A stretch of DNA of 64,000 nt from an uncultured Chitinophagaceae bacterium (GTDB lineage: Bacteria > Bacteroidota > Bacteroidia > Chitinophagales > Chitinophagaceae). The stretch is taken from contig CAZQIQ010000001.1 in assembly GCA_964593835.1 (NCBI GenBank), positions 123,464-187,463 of the forward strand, given 5' to 3'. Positions within the stretch are counted from its first letter, which is position 1. Every line of letters starts with the position of its first letter. A program made the translations under genes and the position numbers. The notes beneath the pieces were generated by a model. That model was not told the DNA's origin, did no database searches, and saw nothing but the letters and a program-made list of their open reading frames with translations. This document shows, in pieces, positions 1 through 10,292 of this stretch.

Positions 1-150
1 GAAGGGGTTTCTCAACAGATATATGCTTATTTTATAATTAATGAACCCAATTTTAAAATACTAAAATCAATACTTGAAAATCATGCAATTAACATACCAG
101 TATCACAAAACCTCCGAAATGTAAAAAATATTTTTGACAAGCCTAAATAA
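1..150 (+). CDS. 3' end of an unidentified CDS (5' part lies outside the window)
   Basis: Frame 1 is open from base 1 to the TAA at 148-150 (...NLRNVKNIFDKPK*). No recognisable motif. Confidence 0.3.
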   Translation, partial: EGVSQQIYAYFIINEPNFKILKSILENHAINIPVSQNLRNVKNIFDKPK

Positions 151-554
151 AGACTGGTCTAAATTTTAACAACAACCGGTTATCGACCTCTAAAAGCACA
201 ATTTCCTGCCTGCCAATATATTGACGTGTAAAAATAGTAATTATCAATATAACTATATCAGTTATCATAATTATTCCGTACTAAATTTTAATAAAGAAGG
301 TTTCCCTCTATCAAATAAAGGGTTAAACAGACTTTCCGGATCAAAACCCACGTGTTATTTAAATCGGGAAAGGCACTTAAAACCAGGCGACGAAAATGCG
401 TATAACCCTATTTTAATTTTATAATAACGCGCCAATGACTAATTTGGGCCCTGGTAACAGGCGTCCTTCAATAAGAAAACATACTCAGCCAACATGTTTT
501 TCGGCAGGGACAACCCTTCATTTTTCATTTATACCCGATAACTTAAGTATCTCC

Positions 555-1454
555 ATGAGGCGTATATCAGTTGTTTCTATATTAATAGTGTCATTCATGA
601 CGACTATACAGGCACAGAGTAGTTATCAGTCTAAGCTGATAGAATTGGGTGAGGCATATAAAAACTATATGTTTCGCGCTGAGCCGTCAAAAGCAGAGAT
701 AGAGGTCCTATTAAAGGATGTTCCCCCTGAACTGGAAAAAGCGACAGACTTCATGGTGCAAACATTGATTAGCAAAAACACCTTGTTAACCCCAAAGTAC
801 TTAGCCCTGCCCGAAAGTCCCACACTCACACAAGTCTATATTATACGTCACATCAGCTTTAACAGAGAACCGGAAGCTGATCTGCATCGCCTTATTGATA
901 GTCTTTCACAGCAGGTTTCTTCCAGAAACGACCTTATCGATAACTATTACGCCGTTTTGTTTTCGGCTGTGGGAAACAAAAAAGACCATTTTGACCTCTC
1001 TAAGGTAAATTTTGAATTAAATGAATACGGCCTCGAAAACGAGACTGAAAAAGGTATCTTTTTTCTTCAATGCCTTAATAGTTGTGGCAAAGAAATATGG
1101 GGGCTAATGAATTCCTCACGTCCCCCGAACACCCAAAAGGCAAATGCCCTATTGAAGAAGTTCCCCATGTTTAATGGCCGGAAGTACTATCATTATACAA
1201 GTTTTCACTTCCCCGATTTTAACCGTATCATCATTCCCGGACAGGCACCTCAGGGATATAAAAAATATTATATAGGACAGTATTATGAGGTATTGCTGTC
1301 GCATATGGTTTGCCTGCAAATGGAAAAAGGAAAGAATGCAGAAAAAGAAGACCTTCTGGTAAACTCTATTCTTACCGAAAGACTTTTTTACAAATACACC
1401 AAACATGAAGACAAACTGGACCAATACATTTTAGATCTGCAGGCCCCCAAGTAA
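555..1454 (+). CDS. hypothetical secreted protein
   Basis: ORF 435..1454. The internal ATG at 555 opens a typical signal peptide (MRRISVVSILIVSFMTTIQAQ). No family recognised. Confidence 0.6.
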   Translation: MRRISVVSILIVSFMTTIQAQSSYQSKLIELGEAYKNYMFRAEPSKAEIEVLLKDVPPELEKATDFMVQTLISKNTLLTPKYLALPESPTLTQVYIIRHISFNREPEADLHRLIDSLSQQVSSRNDLIDNYYAVLFSAVGNKKDHFDLSKVNFELNEYGLENETEKGIFFLQCLNSCGKEIWGLMNSSRPPNTQKANALLKKFPMFNGRKYYHYTSFHFPDFNRIIIPGQAPQGYKKYYIGQYYEVLLSHMVCLQMEKGKNAEKEDLLVNSILTERLFYKYTKHEDKLDQYILDLQAPK

Positions 1455-1707
1455 ACAGGGATATTCTGTGGGTTATTTCGTAAAAGTAATTTTAAGAAAG
1501 CATTGCAGGTACAGACTTTATTTTATACTTTGGCTGCCTGTTATGAATAATCAATCCATTTCCTATATCTATGCACATAAGCAATCTGTCCGCTCACCCC
1601 TCTTCTCTATAACTATATTTACATTACATTATACTATCCGTACTGCTTTCCAGTTAGGATAAATATATCATCTCAATATTCCAATATCTTAAACAAAATC
1701 ATGTATT

Positions 1708-2232
1708 ATGAAAAAAGTTCTCTTCTTATCCCTTATTACACTAATTTCCTTCGCTTCCTGCAAAAAAGATAAAGATGGCGGTTCCTCAGGAGTAAGCGAA
1801 GGCACAATTACCTTTAAAGTAGATGGCAAAGATATTACCTATAAAACATACGTAAACGCAGTAAAAAATGAGGGGGCGGATAATTACTTAGTAGCTATTG
1901 TTGGAATAAAAAGCCCTACCGATCCGGAGGGAGAAAACATCTTCATTAATTTAAACAGCAATTCAGCAATAACTGCTGGAACCTATCACGAGAAAGCTTT
2001 AAATGAAAATGCAGCAGTAATTTATTATAAGAATGATAAAGACGAACAATACTTAACTATTGAAAGCCCTGCCAATCCAACAATTGTCACCGTTACAAGC
2101 ATATCTGACAATTCTATCCAGGGAACATTTAAAGGGGAATTGTTCTTTATGAGTGGAGCTAGTGTTGATTTCGACAAGACTATCGCTATATCAGAGGGTA
2201 AATTCAATGCCAAAATAATATCAGGCCTCTAA
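1708..2232 (+). CDS. small lipoprotein, paralogous to 44376..44912
   Basis: Lipobox signal (LISFASCKKD). Shares the layout ...TxGTY...(I/V)T(I/V)xS(I/L)xxN..xGTFxG(E/D)xF...I(S/T)EGxF with the PUL-linked lipoprotein at 44376. Confidence 0.7.
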   Translation: MKKVLFLSLITLISFASCKKDKDGGSSGVSEGTITFKVDGKDITYKTYVNAVKNEGADNYLVAIVGIKSPTDPEGENIFINLNSNSAITAGTYHEKALNENAAVIYYKNDKDEQYLTIESPANPTIVTVTSISDNSIQGTFKGELFFMSGASVDFDKTIAISEGKFNAKIISGL

Positions 2233-2259
2233 TTGCCATATACATACGCATAGCAACGT

Positions 2260-2296
2260 AAAGAGAGTGAATCAAATTGATTCACTCTCTTTTTTT
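2260..2296. terminator. intrinsic terminator hairpin after the lipoprotein gene
   Basis: AAAGAGAGTGAATCA-aat-TGATTCACTCTCTTTTTTT, a perfect stem followed by a T-run. Confidence 0.6.
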
Positions 2297-2364
2297 CAGC
2301 TTATAATAATGATATTTAATGTGCAGGTACTTCTATATAACCAAATTTGTCAGAGAAGACTTAC

Positions 2365-2568
2365 CTAATCATCTACACGAAACGAGATTTTACAAATCAA
2401 CCCGTAGGTAGTTATTTTATTATCCTTAACATGAACTTTTATATCTTTTACATAAATAGAATCAATATTTCTAATTGACTTAGATGCTTCTTTTAAAGCG
2501 TTCTGGATAGCATCTTCAATACCGATTTCAGAAGAAGCAATCACTTCAATTACTTTTACAATTGGCAT
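2365..2568 (-). CDS. dodecin-family protein (67 aa)
   Basis: VKVIEVIASSEIGIEDAIQNALKEASKSIRNIDSIYVKDIK...YGLICKISFRVDD aligns by eye along its full length with bacterial dodecins (..ELVGTSEEGLEAAIQAAL..A.KTLR.LDWFEV...Y.V.LEVGFRLE.). Size is typical of the family. Confidence 0.85.
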   Translation of the reverse strand: MPIVKVIEVIASSEIGIEDAIQNALKEASKSIRNIDSIYVKDIKVHVKDNKITTYGLICKISFRVDD

Positions 2569-2583
2569 GACATTATGTTTTTG

Positions 2584-2633
2584 AATAAAAAAATAAATAA
2601 CAAAAGGGTTTTGGCGTATACCAAAACCCTTCG
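2584..2633 (-). terminator. riboswitch expression-platform terminator
   Basis: Minus strand reads CGAAGGGTTTTGG-tatacg-CCAAAACCCTTTTG followed by TTATTTATTTTTTTATT. It sits between the TPP aptamer and the dodecin start codon. Confidence 0.65.
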
Positions 2634-2635
2634 TG

Positions 2636-2740
2636 GCAATTCATCTTTCCTTCGCCAGCATTACCCGGATCAGGTTCGACGGGTTTGCTCTCAGATTTAA
2701 ATTACTGGATCACCAGTATCAAAATCACCCCCTTTAGAAT
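2636..2740 (-). promoter_or_regulatory. TPP (thiamine pyrophosphate, THI-box) riboswitch aptamer
   Basis: Minus strand reads GGGGGUGAUUUUGAUACUGGUGAUCCAGUAAUUUAAAUCUGAGAGCAAACCCGUCGAACCUGAUCCGGGUAAUGCUGGCGAAGGAAAGAUG. It contains the hallmark GGGGUG, CUGAGA, ACCC and GAACCUGAUCyGGrUAAUGCyrGCGnAGGrAA blocks in the correct order and spacing. Confidence 0.9.
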
Positions 2741-2748
2741 CACCACAA

Positions 2749-2756
2749 CCAATATA
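2749..2756 (-). promoter_or_regulatory. candidate Bacteroidota -7 promoter box for the riboswitch-dodecin transcript
   Basis: Minus strand TATATTGG, a near match to TAnnTTTG, lies about 10-15 nt upstream of the aptamer. Confidence 0.3.
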
Positions 2757-2903
2757 CTTAAAATCCTATGCCAACTATGTTTAGAGGCTCAGCTTATCAT
2801 TGAAGTATTATTGTAAATAAAACTGATGAATATTTACCATAATACGGGGTAATAAGGACTCAATACGTTGAAATTATATTATCTTTTCGCAAAGAACAGC
2901 GCT

Positions 2904-3116
2904 ATGGGGACAAATCCAATATTAGAACCACGAAAATTAAGGAGGATTTATAAGCTTCTTCAGATTATTTCTTTGATAATAGTTTTTGCAGGATTGCTCC
3001 TTAAGTTCACCGGATATTCAGATTATGTTCTTATAATCATCACAGGCATAGTCTTACTATTTCTTGTTGCACTGTTGCGATGGTTAACATTTCCTAACAG
3101 GAAAAAAGATATTTAA
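2904..3116 (+). CDS. small two-TM membrane protein (hypothetical)
   Basis: ORF 2868..3116 has a TTG start. The ATG at 2904 gives 70 aa with two hydrophobic segments. Confidence 0.35.
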   Translation: MGTNPILEPRKLRRIYKLLQIISLIIVFAGLLLKFTGYSDYVLIIITGIVLLFLVALLRWLTFPNRKKDI

Positions 3117-3366
3117 TGCTTATCATCAATAAATAAGAGTCATTCAATAAAGATGGCCGTATAGCTTATTGTTTAATATTGTAGAAATGCTGTCATCTCA
3201 CATTTTACAGTCTCCTGAAATGATAACCATAATTTACAAAAAATTTATGCTTATCATTTCAGACTTTCAGCAATTACTAAACAACTTACATCGTTATGTA
3301 GTACTAACATTTCCGCTGAAGCTACATCACGACAAATAAGGTTGTCTTGTTTATAAAAAATAAATT

Positions 3367-3963
3367 ATGAAGAATATTTTTCCTGTATCTATCTTGTTTG
3401 TATTTATATACTTTCAAAATACTATACTAAACGCACAAGCTGTTGATCCTGCAAAAACAGCAAAAGCAGCAGTGTTGAGTGATGCAAATTACATAGCCTC
3501 CACTATTGAATACAATGAAGACATCATCTATCTTTCGCAACAAGGAATTTCCCGTGGTGCCGACAGTCGTGTAAAAGAATTAGGGCAACTGATGATGGAA
3601 GACCATACTACGATGCTTTATTCGATGGAGCAATTACAAACTTCAGGTAAAGGAGCAAACACCCAGACCTTGCAACAAGGGAAACCCCGGTTAGCTATAG
3701 AAGTTAATAAAAAGATATCTACTGTTTCCGGAATGGACTTTGACTCTATCTGGACTGCCGGCCTGTTAGCTATTGTTCAGGAAAAGTATAATGGTCTTGC
3801 TGCAGCAGAAGAAGAAGCCAGGAACCCCCAATTAAAAGCTGCTATCAAAAGCAGTGGACCATTATTACGTAAACACATCACCCAGTTAAAGTCCACTCAA
3901 AAACACCTCACAAGAATAGCCACACAAAAACGAAAAGAAGAAGCCAATAAAGTAAAAAGATAA
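3367..3963 (+). CDS. DUF4142-like secreted protein
   Basis: Signal peptide, then ...RVKELGQLMMEDHTTM... and a second helical repeat typical of the DUF4142 (ferritin-like) family. Confidence 0.75.
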   Translation: MKNIFPVSILFVFIYFQNTILNAQAVDPAKTAKAAVLSDANYIASTIEYNEDIIYLSQQGISRGADSRVKELGQLMMEDHTTMLYSMEQLQTSGKGANTQTLQQGKPRLAIEVNKKISTVSGMDFDSIWTAGLLAIVQEKYNGLAAAEEEARNPQLKAAIKSSGPLLRKHITQLKSTQKHLTRIATQKRKEEANKVKR

Positions 3964-3984
3964 ATTGTTCACTTTCGTCCTTCG

Positions 3985-4341
3985 TTATTTTCCTATTTTT
4001 CCCAGGTGAGTATGTTTAAAATCATCATTATATTTTAAGCCATACCCTAATATCCTGTCAAATGATGAATGAGCGAACAACAATGCGCCAATAGCAATCA
4101 TCATATCATTAGTTTGAAAAAATCCCCATAAAATTAGTATAACGGCAATCCCCTTATGATGCAAACAGTTATATATAAATGCTCCTACTCTCGGGTTAAT
4201 AGCATATCCCAGAATACTTATATCCGGAGTAAAAAATAGCAATGCCCATATCCATGCAGATATTCCAAGATTGTATATGCTAATAAGGTATATACCTCCT
4301 ATCATCATAACGAACTCTTCGAACTGTATTAGCTTTTTCAT
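3985..4341 (-). CDS. DUF4260-like membrane protein
   Basis: WIWALLFFTPDISILGYAINPRVGAFIYNCLHHKG matches the DUF4260 signature region. Start taken at the ATG (MKKLIQFEE). Confidence 0.7.
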   Translation of the reverse strand: MKKLIQFEEFVMMIGGIYLISIYNLGISAWIWALLFFTPDISILGYAINPRVGAFIYNCLHHKGIAVILILWGFFQTNDMMIAIGALLFAHSSFDRILGYGLKYNDDFKHTHLGKIGK

Positions 4342-4537
4342 TTTTCTTATTTTTTGATGGCTATTTAATCTTATTATAACCATATACACAAGAGTCGATT
4401 TCCTTGTTAATACACGTTAAGTAATGTGTACACAGTTAAACTGATTAAACGAACTAAGATCATAGGAAACTTCAATCTTTCGTCATTTCTTACTAACTTG
4501 ATCCCCTCAGTGAAAACAGTGTACTAAAGCAGACATT

Positions 4538-5446
4538 ATGAATGTAAAATCATCCAATTTAATCAATTTTTTAGCCGGAGCAACATTAAGCATATTAGTG
4601 ATTAGTCAATTCAGTTTCTCCGGAAAGGAAATAACTGAAGAGAATGAAAAAGAAAAAACTGTACGCACACCTCCTCAGCTTCCTTCTACAATAGCTTTTT
4701 GTGGTGAAACCGCTCCACTGCACAGATGGGATGTAAAAGAACGACTGGACAGAGAAGTACTTTATAATTTTTATAATACACCTAATGTATTGTTCACACT
4801 TAAGCTGGCTAATCGCTATTTTCCTATTATTTCAGAACGATTGAAAGCTAATGGTATCCCTGACGATTTTAAATACCTGTGTGTAGCAGAAAGCAATCTT
4901 GTAACCGCTGCTTTATCAAGATCAGGAGCAGTGAGCTTTTGGCAGTTCATGGATAAGACAGCGCCGGAATATAATCTGGTAGTGAATAAGGAAATTGATC
5001 AGCGTTATGATATAGAAAAGTCAACTGATGCAGCGTGTAAATATCTCAAACAGGCTTATGCAAAATTTGGAAGCTGGACAGCTGCTGCGGCATCTTATAA
5101 TTGTGGGCAGACAGGTTATGGTAAACAATCGGATCTTCAAAAAACCAATAATTACTACGATCTGTTTCTCCCAGAAGAAACCAACAGGTATATATTCAGA
5201 ATTCTGACTTTCAAATACCTTCTTGAAAATGCTGAAACATTAGGGTTTCAATTGAAAGAAGAAGAAAAGTATCCAGCTATTCCGTATAAAAACATTAAAG
5301 TAACACAAACTATAGGCAATCTAACCGATTTTGCCATAAGCCATAAAACAAATTATAAAGTTTTAAAGCTTATGAATCCCTGGATAAAAAGCCAGTCATT
5401 AACTGTTGTTGGCAACAGTAGCTATATCATTAAAGTTCCTAAATAA
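4538..5446 (+). CDS. lytic transglycosylase (SLT domain) protein
   Basis: CVAESNL...SRSGAVSFWQFM...AAASYNCG motifs of the family 1 lytic transglycosylase fold. N-terminal membrane anchor. Confidence 0.85.
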   Translation: MNVKSSNLINFLAGATLSILVISQFSFSGKEITEENEKEKTVRTPPQLPSTIAFCGETAPLHRWDVKERLDREVLYNFYNTPNVLFTLKLANRYFPIISERLKANGIPDDFKYLCVAESNLVTAALSRSGAVSFWQFMDKTAPEYNLVVNKEIDQRYDIEKSTDAACKYLKQAYAKFGSWTAAAASYNCGQTGYGKQSDLQKTNNYYDLFLPEETNRYIFRILTFKYLLENAETLGFQLKEEEKYPAIPYKNIKVTQTIGNLTDFAISHKTNYKVLKLMNPWIKSQSLTVVGNSSYIIKVPK

Positions 5447-5644
5447 TAATTTATCAGTTCCTCTCTTCAGAGTTATACGTTTTCTCTATTCATTAAAACA
5501 TGTTAACTCGTAGAAAGAACAGAGAAACAGATAGTCTATTTCCGAAACTCAATTAGAATATTAGAAAGTATTATTTAAGATGTATAATAAGGTGGTACGA
5601 CTATTAGTATCATTAAAATGCTACTACCTCAACATGAAGATTGA

Positions 5645-6558
5645 TCAGGTAACAAATTCTCCATTTGTGATAGGGTAAGGTTGGGGAACATCAGAATCAC
5701 CCATCATTTCAAGCAGATTAATTTCAATGCCTCTTGTTATCTGATCAAGAGGAACACAAGAAGGTAAAGCATCAAAAGGATCAAGCAATATTTCTCCTAT
5801 GGCCTGAATGGTAAAAAATATATACCCTAACAATACTCCGAAAATAATAGCCCATATACCAATAGTATTACCAATGGTCATCGTTACACTATATACAAAT
5901 ATCCATATAAATAATTTTGAATAATAATTATAGGAAGTAGGATATACGGTGTTGTTTATTCTTTCAGATTTTCCCATGTCATCACAAAAAGCGGTAATCA
6001 TTTTATTAAACTCAAGCAATTGAAAGCCATCAATATTCTCTTTTTTATACAATTCATCTATTTCTCTCATTTGAATTGACAATATTGCGTTGTGTGCATT
6101 AGTTTGCTGCTCAACAATATTTTTTTCATCTTGTGACAGATATCCGGAAAAGTTTACCGGTTTAATTTTACGGAGACTCAATTTCAAAGCATAAAGAAAA
6201 GCGATATGCCTTCTTATCAATTGTCTTTTTTTTAATAACAGATCATCTCCGGATAAATTTTCTGATGGAGAGATATAATTCAATACCTGCCTGGTCCAGG
6301 TCCGGGAATTATTGACCAGTGACCCCATATTTTGCGAGCCTCCCACCACCTATCATAAGCCTGATTATTATTAAATCCTATAAAAAAAGCGAGAGCCGTA
6401 CCTAATACAGTAGGCACAAATACAGGGAATGTAAAATATTTACTAAGCCACAACTCGTTGATAAAATAGGCAAAGGTAGAAGTGATAAGGGAAAACAAAA
6501 GATTCTTCCAGGTACCCGAAACAATACGGCCCAATCCGATATTATGTGTTATAAGCAT
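5645..6558 (-). pseudogene. bestrophin / YneE-family anion channel gene, frameshifted
   Basis: Two overlapping ORFs (6280..6630 and 5645..6349) together give a full bestrophin. FNNNQAYDRWWEARKIWG reads on in another frame as SLVNNSRTWTRQV. The frame switch falls at the C4 run 6323-6326. Confidence 0.8.
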
Positions 6559-6801
6559 GTTGGTATTTTCTTTAGTATAGAAATAGAGGTTAGTCCTTTC
6601 TGATTTAACAATAATTGAGCCCAATGACAAACGCCTTCCTTTTATATTAGCCCCACTGTCACCTATACCTTCTGAAAACCTGGTAACGATGACTACCTGA
6701 AAAGAAGAGCCTTATCACTAATTTAACGTGATATATACATTTTAGTTGAACAAAAATTTTCATAAGTCCTGCAAACAATTACCTTTAGCAGAGCTTTATT
6801 T

Positions 6802-9552
6802 ATGAAAAAAATCCTATTCTGTATTATCATAGTTTGTTTTTCGTCACCTTATCTATTCTCCCAGGAAGTAAATATTACTGGGCTTCTTAAAGATACAGTA
6901 GATAATAAAACACTTGAGTTCGGCACCATCCTTCTTCTTAACAAAGAGGATTCCACACTGGTAAAATATGTCAGAAGCAAAAAGGACGGAAAATTCCAAT
7001 TGTCCGTGAACAAGCCCGGCACTTACATTCTGCAGATATCCTACCCGAAATATGTTGATTTTTCAGAAGAGTATAATATTGACACCAGCGAAATGGATTT
7101 GGGCATAATACCCTTAATTCAGAAAGCTCATCTCTTATCCGAAGTAGTTGTATATGCTGATCAATCCATACGGTTAAAGGGCGATACCACAGAATATCTG
7201 GCTGATAAATTTCAGGTTAGAGACGGGGCCAATGTTGAAGAGTTATTCAAAAAACTTCCCGGATTTCAAATTGATGCTAAAGGAAATATTACCGCTCACG
7301 GTCAGCGAGTAGATAAAGTAATGGTTGACGGAGAAGAGTTTTTTGGAGATGATCCTACAATAGCTACGCAAAATATTGCAGCAAAAGCAGTAAAAAAAGT
7401 TCAGGTATATGATAATAACTCTGAACAGGACAAGCTAATGGGAAGCAAGACTGCCAATCAGGGAAAAGTAGTCAACATACAACTTAAAGAAGAATACAAA
7501 AAAGGCAGTTTCGGAAAATTAAGTGCAGGAAGTGATTTCGGAAAACATACAGAAGCCAAAGGACTTTACAATAACTTTTCAAACAATAGAAAATTATCAG
7601 TCTTCTCAACAAAAAGCAATATCAACAATGGAGGATTAGATGATAACGAACGGAACAGAATGGGGTTTGAACGGGACGCCGATTATGATATCATTAGCGG
7701 CTTCTACAGTGTAATGGGAGAAAACGATGAGTTTACAGATCATTCAATGTCGGGAATTCCCGACGCCTTAACCATTGGAGGATTATTTGCCAATAAGTGG
7801 ATGGATGGAAAACATAGCGTTAACGGAAATTATAAATTTAACCAGTTAAATACTAACAACAACTCACTTGTTCTGACGCAAAATATACTACCCGACCAAG
7901 TTCTTTTTTCAGAAAATACCGGCAATACACTTTCTCAAAACAGACAGCATTCAGTGAATGCCAGATATAATCTAAAAATAGATTCTCTAACCGATATAAA
8001 AGTTATTGCTATAGGAAAACAAAAAATATCTGAAAACTTAAGCAACAATGATATTAATTACAGAAATAATTTCGAAAGCCTGCTTAATAGCAATAGTCAG
8101 CATAGAAGGTCTGAAAAAACAGATCAGACTTTTGACAACCAGGCGCAACTAACAAAAAAGTTTGCCAGACCCAATCGAATTCTGCAAGCCACTTTCAGAA
8201 TTGGCATAAACCATAGTGATCAGGAAGGTTTTATTTATGCTAAACGAACAATATTTGAAGACAATAATATTGTGAGTGATTCAATATCCGATCAAAAAAA
8301 GGATATTCTTGGTAAATCAAATACTTATAGTAGCAGAATTATATATTCAGAACCCTTAACTAAAAAATTATCTCTTATAGGGAGTTATGGCCTTAATATA
8401 AACAATTCGACTTCCACACATAAAACCTTCAATAGCATTGAAGAAGGAAAATATACAGTGTTCGATAGCTTATTTAGTAGTGACTTTCGTTTAAATGCCA
8501 TTTCAAATAATTCTATGCTGGCCCTCAAATATCAGGGACAAAAATTAAATATTTCTGCCGGGGCAGGAGTATCAGGAATAAATTTTAAACTCACCGACAA
8601 TAATGAGCTCACCACAAATACTTATAGATTCACCAATTTCACTCCATACACTAATATGTTTCTTAAAGGATCAAAACAAAATGTCTTTATCCTTGGTTAT
8701 AGAGGTACAACTGTTCAGCCTAACTTAAACCTTTTGCAGCCACTAAGAAACAACAACGACCCACTTAATATATTTATTGGAAATCCTAATCTACGAATAG
8801 GATTCAGACATGACATTTATTTCGCTTATCAAACAAATAAATTGTCGAAAGGAAGTCATTTTTACTCCTCTGTTAACTACAACTCAACGTCAAATGGCAT
8901 TGTGAACTCTAGCACAGTTGATAAAAACGGTGCCAGAAGATATACACCTGTCAATACAAATGGAGTTTATGCTGCAAATATTTATGTGGGAGCCGGATCG
9001 AAATTAAAAAACAAAAAATTCTATCATCAGATTAACTTTTCAGCCGGGTTTGGAAACAATGTTGAATTCATCAACATGTTAAGAAACAACAACAATTACC
9101 TAAATGCAAATCTGAATTACAGAATCAACTATGATATTGAAAATAAACTTTACTTATCTGCTTCCCCCTCTATTGGATATAATTCGTCCAATTCTTCCTT
9201 TCAAAATAATATCAACAATAATTTTTTCACTTACGGAGGAGGCGTAGATGCTAATTACAATTTTCCAAAAGGATTTTTCTTTAGCACCGGCATCAACTTT
9301 AATCTCCGTCAAAAAATTGAGGCATTCACACAAAATGCCAATATTATAAACTGGGGGGCGTCAGCCGGCAAAACTTTGTTTAAAGATAAATCCGGAAGAG
9401 TTTTTTTACAGGCCAATGACATTCTCAACCAGAATACAGGATATTCAAGGGTAATCAACTCCAGCTTTGTTACTGATAGCTATAATTCAGCCATAAGCAG
9501 ATTTATAATGCTTCGGTTTGAATGGTCCTTTAACTCCTCTATTAATAAATAG
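6802..9552 (+). CDS. outer-membrane beta-barrel / TonB-dependent receptor-like protein with CarboxypepD_reg N-domain
   Basis: Signal peptide, a carboxypeptidase-regulatory-like domain (ITGLLKD...GTYILQISYPKY), a plug-like segment, a long beta-barrel and a terminal aromatic-rich strand. Confidence 0.85.
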   Translation: MKKILFCIIIVCFSSPYLFSQEVNITGLLKDTVDNKTLEFGTILLLNKEDSTLVKYVRSKKDGKFQLSVNKPGTYILQISYPKYVDFSEEYNIDTSEMDLGIIPLIQKAHLLSEVVVYADQSIRLKGDTTEYLADKFQVRDGANVEELFKKLPGFQIDAKGNITAHGQRVDKVMVDGEEFFGDDPTIATQNIAAKAVKKVQVYDNNSEQDKLMGSKTANQGKVVNIQLKEEYKKGSFGKLSAGSDFGKHTEAKGLYNNFSNNRKLSVFSTKSNINNGGLDDNERNRMGFERDADYDIISGFYSVMGENDEFTDHSMSGIPDALTIGGLFANKWMDGKHSVNGNYKFNQLNTNNNSLVLTQNILPDQVLFSENTGNTLSQNRQHSVNARYNLKIDSLTDIKVIAIGKQKISENLSNNDINYRNNFESLLNSNSQHRRSEKTDQTFDNQAQLTKKFARPNRILQATFRIGINHSDQEGFIYAKRTIFEDNNIVSDSISDQKKDILGKSNTYSSRIIYSEPLTKKLSLIGSYGLNINNSTSTHKTFNSIEEGKYTVFDSLFSSDFRLNAISNNSMLALKYQGQKLNISAGAGVSGINFKLTDNNELTTNTYRFTNFTPYTNMFLKGSKQNVFILGYRGTTVQPNLNLLQPLRNNNDPLNIFIGNPNLRIGFRHDIYFAYQTNKLSKGSHFYSSVNYNSTSNGIVNSSTVDKNGARRYTPVNTNGVYAANIYVGAGSKLKNKKFYHQINFSAGFGNNVEFINMLRNNNNYLNANLNYRINYDIENKLYLSASPSIGYNSSNSSFQNNINNNFFTYGGGVDANYNFPKGFFFSTGINFNLRQKIEAFTQNANIINWGASAGKTLFKDKSGRVFLQANDILNQNTGYSRVINSSFVTDSYNSAISRFIMLRFEWSFNSSINK

Positions 9553-9560
9553 CATTCATA

Positions 9561-10292
9561 ATGAAATATATATTTTTATTCATTTGTTTAATAGCTAATC
9601 TTTCATCAATGAAAGCTCAGCAAATTTTTATGAAGTCGGTAAAAATAGAGTTTGAGAAAACAGTTTATTTACATCCGTGGATGAAAGAAACATGGGGAGA
9701 GCAGCACTTCAATATTTTCTCCTCTCAGCTGGCTACCCAGCAAATTCATTACTTTAATTATACTGCCAATCTTCAACATTCACTTTATTCAATTTCGAAA
9801 ACGAAAAAAAATGAAGACAATAGGTTTGACACCTACACAAATACAAACAGTGTATTTACTGATTTTGTAAATAACAGAGTCACTGCACAAAAACAATTCT
9901 TCGACCAAACTTATTTCATTCAAGACAGTTTATTATCCATCAAATGGAAGATAACACCTGATACCAGAATGATCGCCGGATTTGAATGTAAAAAGGCGAT
10001 AGGCATACTGCACGACAGTATAGCTGTTTATGCTTTTTATTCAGACGAAATATTAATATCCGGCGGACCAGAACAAATTTGCGGACTTCCAGGAATGATA
10101 TTAGGCTTAGGAATCCCACGTCTACATACAACCTGGTTTGCCACCAAAGTAGAAGTAGACAACAGTACAATTTCTCCTATGATTCCGAGTAAAAAAACAA
10201 AATCAACCAATTACAAAGAAATGGTTTCAGAAATTACAAACTTCTCTAAACAAACATATATGAAACTCGTTGCGCTGGGAATGCTGATTTAG
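9561..10292 (+). CDS. GLPGLI family protein
   Basis: GLPGMILGL motif, signal peptide, and the typical position directly after the beta-barrel OMP gene. Confidence 0.85.
   Translation: MKYIFLFICLIANLSSMKAQQIFMKSVKIEFEKTVYLHPWMKETWGEQHFNIFSSQLATQQIHYFNYTANLQHSLYSISKTKKNEDNRFDTYTNTNSVFTDFVNNRVTAQKQFFDQTYFIQDSLLSIKWKITPDTRMIAGFECKKAIGILHDSIAVYAFYSDEILISGGPEQICGLPGMILGLGIPRLHTTWFATKVEVDNSTISPMIPSKKTKSTNYKEMVSEITNFSKQTYMKLVALGMLI

Noticed and set aside
221-424. 67-aa ORF in the first intergenic region
   Set aside because: TTG start, Asn/Tyr-rich composition typical of AT-rich non-coding DNA, and no motif.
6631-6801. GCCCCACTG upstream of the beta-barrel OMP gene as a possible cobalamin riboswitch fragment
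   Set aside because: Only a partial resemblance to the GCCACTG box. None of the other conserved B12-element blocks are present.
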